This document shows, piece by piece, positions 38,973 through 49,230 of a stretch of DNA of 64,000 bases (the stretch's first letter is position 1; every line of letters starts with the position of its first letter). This stretch comes from Perkinsus chesapeaki ATCC PRA-425 (Eukaryota > Protista > Perkinsozoa). The position numbers and the translations under genes were made by a program. Location of the stretch: assembly GCA_013115145.1 (NCBI GenBank), contig JAAPAO010000054.1:36475-100474 (forward strand), given 5' to 3'. The notes beneath the pieces are model-generated. The model was not told where the DNA came from. It was given only the letters and a program-made list of their open reading frames with translations, and did no database searches.

Positions 38973-40569
38973 TGCGTGCCTTGCCGACTTGCAGACGAGG
39001 TAGCGGGCTCGAGCCCTCTTCACGCCGCTCACCGCGTGAGCAACTTGCTCACGTCAGCCCTTGCTCATAACAAGTGCTGACAAGATCGCCATAATCTATA
39101 ATTTATAGATTGTCTTATTACCAGTGGCCCCTGGTCGCGCCCAACCGAGGCGCACCCTAACTACTTTGACAATCTCGATGGACGCTCCATCAAGGGACAG
39201 AATATTGTCCCCGATGGTCCGAGGCAGGAAAGCCTGGCTCTTGGACGGCTGATAGAACACTCCCGCTTGGGCAGCCCAGGTAACAGTACAGCTTCTGCTG
39301 ACTGCCACTGTTTGACCAATGACGGGCCAGTGTCACCCGATACAAATACCGTCGTACTATCCGCATAAAAGGGTGAGGCTCTCACTCATTTCGCCTCCAA
39401 GTCTGCAAAGTTATCCACCAGCGGCAGGGTACTCAAAAGGAGAAAAAGAGGCGCTAGTTCTCACAGGCGCTGTGTTTGATTCTCAAGATACCTCTGAAGC
39501 GCAGGAGTCGTCATTGGCAACAACCGATCAAGAGCCACAGACCTTATACAGATTCACATCTCTCCTGTAAACAAAGGCATGGTATCCTCTACAGTGCAGA
39601 GTCTCCACATATTGGAAATGTGATCACCAATCAATACTTTCCATCTCGCCTCCTGCCCCATTACTACAGGCTTATCAGCATCCATCTTCCCCTGCCTGAA
39701 TCGTCTATATGCCTCCATTCTAGCTGGCCCCTCCACTCCTATACACCTACCTTCACCAGTCTACCTGTGCACTCGCCTTCAATATTACCGCGTCTGAGCT
39801 GGCATTGTTGATGGTGGTTCAAACTCTGGCTCCATTGTGGTCGTTGATGGCCTACTACATTCATCTTCCCTCGTAACCCTTCTATAGGGCAGGAAGGCCG
39901 GTGGAAGGCGCTGAGCGGATGGTCGAATTCAAATGGAGTGAGAGGGAGCAGGAGCGTCAGATTTCATATGTAGGACGATACAGATCAGAAAGACAAGGCC
40001 AACATCAATAAGGTCTGACTGAACAATTAATAAAGTATAGTCGCTTTGACAACACATACTGTATATGGCAGTACGAAACCTTTGCTGCCATTTACCATCG
40101 TACGCCGGGAACCGATTTATTGATTTTAAATCACGAATTGCTCTCATATATGCTGTCGCTACTTTGTATTGAATATACTTTTAGGTCTTGAGTTTCTAAT
40201 AATCTCTTATTCCCTTACAAGCATCTCTTACATTAGCCGTTGCAGCTGGGGATGCATTCGGGCTAGAACCAATGGACACTCTAGGTGATAAAGGCAATGC
40301 TTGATGGGGAGGAGACGGAGAACGATTCTGCAACCAACATAGAGCAAAGTCATACCATCAACATGCCTACCCGCGACTTCCATTCCGGTAAGAGATAGAT
40401 CGTCTTCTTTATTATCTTCATCAATGCATCCTCAACTACTTCCAATGGTACCATGAGCTTGTCATCAGTAGATCCTTTCAAAGGCCATCGGCCTGATCAT
40501 AATATATATAAATAGTTACATTATTCAGAGAACTAATAATGTTAAATGATAGTTTTCAATCGATATAAC

Positions 40570-40730
40570 ATAACCACGAAGTTATAGACCACCAGATGTT
40601 CCTGGAAGGAAAGCATTCGACATTAACTTTTGGCCTGGGGAAATATTTCCCAGCAAAATTTCCAGTGTATCTCCTCCGCATTACTCTTTCCAAGGGGCAC
40701 TTTTCTGTGAGACTAGTTGACTGCCTTTGA
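40570..40730 (+). repeat. Dispersed repeat family, copy C
   Basis: Shares 87% over 54 nt with copy A (inverted) and 85% over 41 nt with copy B. Confidence 0.75.
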
Positions 40731-41279
40731 ACGGTTTGAAACAAGGCAAAACGAGCATTGTTACATCACACGGACAAGGCCAATAATACGAATGTAACCG
40801 AAACGCCGAATTCTTCCAATTCAAAGGGAAGCTCCCAAGCTTCATTCGAGAAAGCTTGCTACTCCCAGTGAAGCAGCCTTGCTCCCAGGATCAACAGCAG
40901 GAGCCCCCATTTGGTATAAAATCCAAAATTACAAGAATGATACTTACGTCGCTCACTTCTGCCACTCGATGCCAATAATAGACTTTGTAGCTCCTCAGAG
41001 GACACCAACCCACAAGCTGTGAAATCCCTCAAGACAGCTTTTCCAGTGTAAGATACTCCAACTCCAGCAGCCTAACAATACTACCTACCTCTCTGGCAAC
41101 GTTCCCGGAGTTCATTTACTCTTCCAAAGACTTACTAATGAAGACGTAGAAAGCCTCTAGATTCAGCTGCAGAATACCAACAGACACATTTCTCACAGTA
41201 TTTACTAGAGAGTATAGCATCACCAGATTTCCCCCTCCCCATCAACTACATCATAATCCTTCAAATCAGCCTCCAATAT

Positions 41280-43000
41280 AGCTTCTGCAAGCTTATTAGC
41301 CACTTCCCCTGTTGGTAGCTTATCAGCCAGTTTGTCACTCGGCACCGGATAGTCCGGAACATTATACGGCACATCCAGCATCCTCTAAGTGTCACTTTCC
41401 TTTATTTCCCTCCTACACCCCCCTACCTCGACAAATTGCCGCTTGGTCATCCGCGTTGGTATCCTATGCGACTTCGAGCATTCCCTCAGCACTCTTGCCG
41501 TCTGTACCACAATAGCAGTAAAAATCTCCTGTTTGTCGCCCAACGCTAATTCCGCCGGCCACAGGCCCAGCCTGCCAAACTCCTCCTCTAAAGCCGCCAA
41601 ACCAAGCCCTCGACTACTACCCCGAGATTCGCTTCCTAAATACTGGCTCATAGAGCCCGCCGTCCACAGCTGCATCCACCTTATAGAGGTATACGCTCCC
41701 ATGGGACAGCTCACCACTCACCTCGGCCAGAATGTACTTATCATATAAAATACCCAAATCTAGCGCCACACCGACACCCTCCCTCTCATTCCACCATTCC
41801 TCCAAGTTCTCCAGAAATCGTCGAAGGTTATTTTCAACCCTTCGCTTATCATAATATCTACATAGATCAATCCACAGCTTGACTGCCGGGGCCAATATAG
41901 GCTGCAAACTACCACTACAAAGCGAGAATACATCATGGCAACTTAGCCGCAGAGAACACCGAAAACAACCACAATCCGTCCAAAAGTTACAAGCTGCAAA
42001 GTCGGTTTGCAAACTATTAAAAAAGGTAATATTCGTTATTGACGAAATATGGAAATAGTGTAACTTCTACTTGCATCCTTCCCAACGCATCCTTCCGAAG
42101 CATAATCATTATTTTGCCCAGACAGGCAGCTGGAGAGCGTTAATCGGACCAGCACTCCTTTATAAGCGTATTTGTATCCCCTCGCCCGGTTAGTACCCCA
42201 TAGTGGAATAGCTCCCCTCAGCCACAGGCTCCAGGACGTATCGGGTCAATTGGTTACCGCGCCCACCTGAACAACTTCATTGCTGTTGAATTTCTAAAAT
42301 AGCGAACAAATTGAAAAACAACACAGAAAAGCCCAAAAGTCAAAGTGTATATTGAGATATATTACTCTTTGATAAATTATATATACAGATGCAACACCAA
42401 ATTTCCGAAAACGTTTCCAAGCCAGAAATTTACTGCTCACTTCTAACAACCTGCGCCTTGACATGTTAGCGCTCATCGAGGATTCCATAAACACAAGGAT
42501 TATTCAAATTCAAATGAAGAATGCAATGGCATCATTTCTCGTTCGAAGCTGTCTTATTTAACAGGTCTTACAATCTCCCTTCCCTGCGTTTATCCCTTCC
42601 CTATTACCCGGCGCCAATCGCTCTAGTGCCGCCCTAATTCCAGCTGGTACACTTAGACTTTCATCCAACCACTCCCCATTGGGACTACTTCCACCCAATA
42701 CCTTCCTTCTCTCCCAGACATCAACAGATGGCATTGCCACAGTCGCTGGTGGCACAACTGGTGCTGATGAAAAGAAGGACCTTGAGGGCATCTGTATGCC
42801 ACTAGTATTCAGTGACTGAAAAAGCAGCAAAGCCTCGACTACCTGCATTAGCTACGTCGAGGCATTCTCTCTCGCTAAGACCCTGGCGATATAAAATCGA
42901 ATATAAACGTTGAATAATGGATATAATATATGTAATCATACATACGCAAATATTATATATGATAGAACCATTGGCAACCGATCTCCGGTATAAAACACGC
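41280..43000 (-). CDS. Unidentified multi-exon gene or pseudogene
   Basis: Several co-oriented protein-like ORF pieces (e.g. LWIDLCRYYDKRRVENNLRRFLENLEEWWNEREG; LEEEFGRLGLWPAELALGDKQEIF); no family recognised. Confidence 0.3.
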
Positions 43001-44385
43001 AACAGTGATACAATAGCACTACAGGATACGAATTCGAATCTAGATCCTAATAAACTCGTTGGCTAGAATGACGGGCGAATTCAAGCCTGCATAGGATTCC
43101 AAGGTGAGTGAATACGCTCGATATTGGACGACACCCGTTGAAATTTTTTGACAAGTCGGCGGCGCCTTACTTGGTCGAAGGCGGGCAACGTAACATGATA
43201 GCTCCGAGGAGGCCTATTAATAGCTGGCCCACAAGTATTAGGTACAACAGTCTGTGAATTGGCATGGCCTCCCTAAAGGCCGATACCAACCCACAGCTTT
43301 TGCTCCCATTCATTACCACACTCCTATATCCCGGCCCAGGAGTGTACATGACACTTTGTGCAAGAGGAGCTCTGAACCGCTCTACTGGCATTACTGTACG
43401 AGGCGCCTGAAAGATATGATACATGGAATTATTTCGGCACTGCGGACGAATACTGGCTGTACTATATGAAAATCACACGCTATGAGAGAGGTACATAGGT
43501 AAGCGATCTATTATAAAAATTTAGTAATAAATGTAGTACGAGTAATAAAAAATGTGTGGTGCCGATATAGTGAAGCAGGCCTACATACCGTAGAACATAG
43601 AATGGAGCTACGTTTTAACATAAGGTTGGGTATTGAAAGGATCAGTAATTTAATCTCCTCTTTTATAATAGGAAATTAGTCTACAAGAAACTCATTATAA
43701 AAAAATCATTGACACTAACAAATATACGTTACCTGTATCCGTGGTTGAATAATCGGGCTACCCGGACAGATAGTCGGCAAATGTCTAGTGGGCAAGACCG
43801 GTGATCTATGTTGCACAACGAATCCTTCTCTAATAGGATTCAATACCGTCCTGTTATATGTAGGTGGCATAGGGACTGAGCCAGTAGTGAGATCTGATAC
43901 AAAAACCGTAAAATATCGCTGATATCTCCGAATGCTACAAGGCGTGTGGTGGGCATATGTTCCGTATTGTTCCACCCGATGAGCTGGCCGCACTTCTCTG
44001 TGTATCCTTGCCACTGAGGGACTTGGGGCAACTGAACATGCGCAGAAGGCTCGAACAATTACGGTATGAAATCGTGATAGATTATCTACCACGATTTATC
44101 CGTATCATACGGAGCAGACGTACAACCGAGTAATAAGTTGTAAAATGAAAATGTAATGCAGCAGCAGAAATGACCTAGTTAAAGCTCCTCTTACTTCGAG
44201 GTTGTGGTTGTTGTTGCTGAGTGAAATACATACCATGAGGATGAACATTCAATGTACGACAAGGTGGCAATGTTGGAGATTGATATATCGTCATTTATAA
44301 CAAAGTCTGAAGGGATGTTCATGAAGCGCTTACTGCGCGGTTACAATGGCGCGCGCCCAAAATATAAAATGAGCCGTCCGAGGGA

Positions 44386-45030
44386 CAGCGCTACTTCTCT
44401 ATCGCTCGCCTGAAACTGTCATATCTGTAACGGTCCCAAGATAACTTTTCTAGAGTTCTTTTGAGAAGCCTATATGTTAGGTGAACTTATACTGAGTTCT
44501 TTAGGGAACTAATATTGAGTTCTATGTGAACTGTTTTGCGATATAGTTGGACTTCTAATTAGTCTATTATAATCTGATAGATTAAATCTATTAGTTGTGG
44601 TACCTATTCGTTAGTATCTGCATCTATAGTCTAATCTAGTTATAACCAAACTCTTGCGTTTAACTAGTATCTTGAGCTCGTCTAACCACTCGCTCTACTA
44701 TATCCGATTGCCTCTTCCATTCGTGTTACAGCCTGTAACTTACAGGCCAAACGGGATGCTACTTAGATCTGGGACGAAATTATCTACTCGCGATCGCTGT
44801 GTTTTCTCTCATGATTCAACAGGTTTAACTCCCTCTACACCTCCTCCGTTTAACGTCGCTGCACCATTATCTAGAACAACCCCTAACCCCCTCTTCTACG
44901 GTTTCTTCCATTATTAATCTAAGTCGTCCCGTACACAAATGTGCCATCCGAGCCTCGGACTCCGAGAGGCAGCGCTACTTCCTTATCGCTCGTCTGAAAC
45001 TGTCATATCTGTAACGGTTCTAAGATAACT
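44386..45030. repeat. Pair of ~61-bp direct repeats 584 bp apart (possible degenerate LTR/TRIM-like or tandem unit)
   Basis: 44386-44446 and 44970-45030 share 56/61 nt (cagcgctacttc...ctgaaactgtcatatctgtaacggt...aagataact). Confidence 0.7.
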
Positions 45031-45779
45031 GTTTCACAACTCTTTAGGAGCTTTAAATTGAAAGTTTAAATCGAGAGACTTGGGGGGTACTTTTGCAGGC
45101 GTATTGGTGTCGAAATGGTGCGTATAGCGCAGCTACAAATTCGTGAGACAATGTGTTCTCAACTGACGAATGTGAGTAGTGGGTAGTCCAGCGCAAAAGA
45201 AGGGTCAGGTTAAAGCGGTAAAGAAGGAGGTTAATATGTTCTTCCGAGGCCAGACGGGAATGGCCAGTGACATAAGCAGGGATAAATGGGACACAAGTTG
45301 TGTCACACAATGAATGCGGAAAGTGGAGAATGATGAAGTGATTTACGAACAGAGGATGAGCTATACTAAGAAAGCACGATGGCAAGTGGGAATAAGTAGC
45401 TTTTCGCAAGTAAGAAAGAGCGAGAGGGAAGAAAAGAGGTTCCGGTGTGAGTCACACCGTAGGACGGAAGCGCGAGAAAAGGCGAGCGCAAAGGAGGAAA
45501 TGGTGAGGAATACGATCACTTCGTGCGAGCGAAAAATCGAGTAGGTCAATGCAACTTATATTAGGAATGAACTTTTGTGAAGGACCTTCAAGCAGCTTAC
45601 AAGTTTTAAATGTTTCAAGACACCGACCCTACGGAGACATTAGACAACATAAGGAATAAGTTTGAGCAAATCGAATTGGATGATGTTTTGGATACTGAAT
45701 TTTATGGGGAAAGTGCTGGAAAAGCGCGACCGACCGAAGGATGTTATATGCTGGGCAGGCGAGAGGTAATCCGCTGGGC

Positions 45780-46405
45780 TCGCACGACTCGTCCGAGTCC
45801 CGAATAGAACCTCTCAGGACCCTTAGTCGACCCCAACCCAGTCAGTCCCCGGGCCATCCGGCAAGTAGTATCCCGCCTATTCGGAGCTCGCAAGACTCGT
45901 CCGAGTCCCGAACAGAACCTCTCAGGACCCTTAGTCGACCCCAACCCAGTTAGTCCCCGAGCCATCCGGCAAGTAGTATCCCGCCTATTCGGAGCTCGCA
46001 AGACTCGTCCGAGTCCCGAAAAGAACCTCTCACCCTTAGTCAGCCCCAACCCAGTTAGTCCCCGGGCCATCCGGCAAGTAGTATCCCGCCTATTCGGAGC
46101 TCGCAAGACTCGTCCGAGTCCCGAACAGANNNNNNNNNNNNNNNNNNNNNNNNNNNNNNNNNNNNNNNNNNNNNNNNNNNNNNNNNNNNNNNNNNNNNNN
46201 NNNNNNNNNNNNNNNNNNNNNNNNNNNNNACCTCTCAGGACCCTTAGTCGACCCCAACCCAGTTAGTCCCCGGGCCATCCGGCAAGTAGTATCCCGCCTA
46301 TTCGGAGCTCGCAAGACCCGTCCGAGTCCCGAACAGAACCTCTCAGGACCCTTAGTCGACCCCAACCCAGTTAGTCCCCGGGCCAGCCGGCAAGTAGTAT
46401 CCCGC
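45780..46405. repeat. GC-rich 108-bp tandem satellite spanning an assembly gap
   Basis: gactcgtccgagtcccgaa recurs at 45786, 45894, 46002, 46107 (one copy has a 3-bp deletion) and ~46315; 100 N at 46130-46229. Confidence 0.95.
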
Positions 46406-46455
46406 AAGTAGCTAGCAAAGCCCAAGTTGGGCTGCCTAGCCCAGCAGGAAAGTTA

Positions 46456-46560
46456 GTGGGGCGCAGGAGGAAAAAGTGGCGCGCAGGAGAGAAAGGTGGC
46501 GCGCAGGAGAGAAAGGTGGCGCGCAGGAGAAAAAAAGTGGCCGGAGTGAGAAAATGGTGG
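46456..46560. repeat. 20-bp tandem repeat gtggcgcgcaggagagaaag, ~4.5 copies
   Basis: Copies at 46456, 46476, 46496 and 46516, with a degenerate fifth copy. Confidence 0.85.
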
Positions 46561-47278
46561 CGGGCGCGGACTAGACGGGACCTATTCTGAATAGGTTTAG
46601 TAAAGACGAGCTACACAAGGTGAAGTGCGCAAGTTGCAATCGGGCTGAGGGGACACGAAGTGGCGGTACACTCGTCCATACCTTCATCAGATTATTATCG
46701 ATTAAGGAGATCAAAACTATCACACCGTCGCGAAAGTCGAACGCACAGGGTTCGAAAAGACTGAAAAGAGAAGCGACATATGACAGAGCACTTTTGATCG
46801 GGTTAGGATAGGTTACTAAACTGCGGGGGCGCATAAATCAGAACACGTGAATAACTCACAACACGTGAAGCGAAGACGCTGCACCCAGGTTTCCTTCCAC
46901 TAACACCGGTCTCGAATTTTTGAAAAATCCGTTGAAGATCAAGACTCTTAGAGAGAAGTTACCGTTGAGACTCTCAACTTGAGAGGGAATCCAGGAATAT
47001 GTACCCTGGCATTTTCGAATGCGGAGAAACTATTCGCGTTCAAGACCGCATTCAGTATTCAGTAGAGGGGCGGCCAAGGCTACGGTTTTGCCAATAACGG
47101 TAATCCATTCAGAACGGGCCGTTCACAATGGGCAACTAATTTTGACGGCCAAAATTTGACCTGGCTCTCATAGGCATGCTCAGATAATTTAGGTTAGATT
47201 TCAGCATCTTAATGGATTACTCCATGTTCACCTCCGACTCCTGCTCTGCCAATATACCCGAGCACAAGCGAGTTCCCA

Positions 47279-47326
47279 CGTAAAAAACTGGGAATTGCCC
47301 AGTTTTTTACGCTTATGTCACCTAGT
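47279..47326 (+). mobile_element. Hairpin followed by CTAG-T, resembling a Helitron 3' terminus
   Basis: cgtaaaaaactggg-aattg-cccagttttttacg (perfect 14-bp stem), then 10 nt, CTAG (47322-47325) and T. Confidence 0.3.
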
Positions 47327-48158
47327 CAGGCTGGCCCTCAATTAAGGAGTCGTACCATAAGACCACTAACGTCACGCCAGCCACGTCTTGGAGGTGAATA
47401 TGACATTTTCTATCCGGCCTCCAATTCCGATGGAATTATTCCGTGAATCTTCATGAAGCGTCCAGCTTTCTTCGAAGTTCGAACGAGAAGTAAAATTCTC
47501 GCTTCTTAGTATTGTCTGGCTTCTTAGTATTCGACAAATGCAAGACTAAGGATGGTGGCCCTAGTTTGAGGACAATTACCTAAGGTAGTCTACCTTGTGA
47601 AGCCACTGGCTTTAAGCCAGCACATCATCTCCACGAAGCGCCGCCATCCTAAGCTTGGCAGTACGCACCCAGTAGCTTCAACAAAGCGTTCTTGGCAAAG
47701 ACACTGCGACTGTGCGAAGACAAACGCTCTTACCTGCAAACTGCGGTCTGAAACAACGAATGTAGTTCATACAAGTCAATCCTTTGTCTACATATTGTTT
47801 ATATGTCATGATCGAGTTCGAGCTTCCGCCGATTAACAGGAGTATGGCAAAGCAACGTTGGACCTTTTTCAGGTATAAATTGAGTTCAAGCGTTTTGCCT
47901 CAATAGGTGGAAATATCAAAAGCCTTCACTACCATAAGTCCTAGCCTTGCATGTTAATCAAAAGTTGAAGGCTTCAACTTTTGAATTGCTTAGCAAGTCT
48001 TTTCACCACAGGGAAAATGCTGCTGAAAGACTACGTTGGGCAAAACACAGAAATAACCAACTACTGACACATCCTGTACGTCGGATATTCGGACTTCGCA
48101 ATGGGCAAACCTAGCCCATACATCTACTGTGGCAGTAGTACTGCCGCCAGTCTAGCGC

Positions 48159-48371
48159 CTAGCATGTGCACATGGGACCTAGATAGGGCTCGTAATAGCA
48201 GTCGCATTCTTTTGGACAGCGGAAACAATCACCACCAGATAGTTTTCTTAAATTACACGGTTCATCAGAATGATCTCTGGCAGCTGTGAGGCATACGGCC
48301 AGGAAGATAGCGAAGGAGATGTATTTGGGCGTTAGTAGGGGGAATGATACCTGCTCAATAACAACACGCAT
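48159..48371 (-). CDS. Candidate small secreted cysteine-rich peptide
   Basis: 70-aa ORF with a hydrophobic segment (KYISFAIFLAVCLTAA) followed by a 39-aa tail with 7 Cys (RDHSDEPCNLRKLSGGDCFRCPKECDCYYEPYLGPMCTC). Confidence 0.35.
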   Translation of the reverse strand: MRVVIEQVSFPLLTPKYISFAIFLAVCLTAARDHSDEPCNLRKLSGGDCFRCPKECDCYYEPYLGPMCTC

Positions 48372-49230
48372 TGCCCTCGCGGATTAGTCGACATGTTGTA
48401 TCTGTCGCATGGGAATGTCGCATTAGTCAGACTTCTCAGAAGTTTGTTTGCGAATCTGTTCTTACTCTCAAGAAAATATACACATTCCATCAACAACCGA
48501 TTTCCGGAGAATTACCCCATGAAAAGGGTCAAACTGGCCAGTCGGAGTTGGTAAAGCCATCTGCCCCGCTATGATTGGCGAACGGATTAATGGGTGGATC
48601 TCAAATAGGTTAGATCATCTAGCTTAGATGATGTAGTGCTCCTTCAATGAGGCTCGTTGGCGCCGGTGTTGATCGACTCAGCTGTGGTCCTTGGAACGTT
48701 GAAGTTTCAATTTCCAAATATCAATTCCGGTACATAGAAGAGACAGAGAATCAGTCACAAGTGTTGACTCACAATAATGAATCATCTGGGAGTCACTCTC
48801 AGACGGTTGACTGCATGGACATGAACTATGTGAGTCACCTTCTGTCAGCGTGAGTGCCACTCACGAGCGGTATGAGTGATAAGCTCAGACTCTGAGTCTC
48901 GAAGCTACTCCATAAGTACTCTACAACTTGACTGCAACTCTATGTGTCTACAATCAGTACGGCTGGTAACTACTAGTTTCAGCTGTATGCAGTATAGATG
49001 CTGCATCTGTCGACGTAAAACATCTTCTCTCACCAATTAATGTTCAATCTGAGAGAATACAAGTTGCATAATTCATAAAAGAGGGGAAGTAGAGAGTCTC
49101 AGCAGTGTGCTACTGTTCTGCCGTATAACAGCATCACAGATTGCTGAGACTCACAACGTGTGAAATGTGATATAAACACAACTCTGTGCCTTTACGTAGA
49201 AACACTGAAACGCCATGTGAGAGGGATGTT

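Noticed and set aside
39760-39875. Possible MFS-transporter exon (AFNITASELALLMVVQTLAPLWSLMA)
   Set aside because: Isolated fragment with an in-frame stop just upstream and no coherent neighbouring exons; too weak to call.
45780-46405. CRISPR-like appearance of regular repeats (also 14680-15160 and 36921-37495)
   Set aside because: Units are head-to-tail with no unique spacers, no cas genes are present, and the context is eukaryotic.
48650-49160. Local enrichment of GAGTC/GACTC (TGAGTCA-like) motifs
   Set aside because: No periodicity or defined boundaries; cannot be distinguished from degenerate repeat DNA without statistics.
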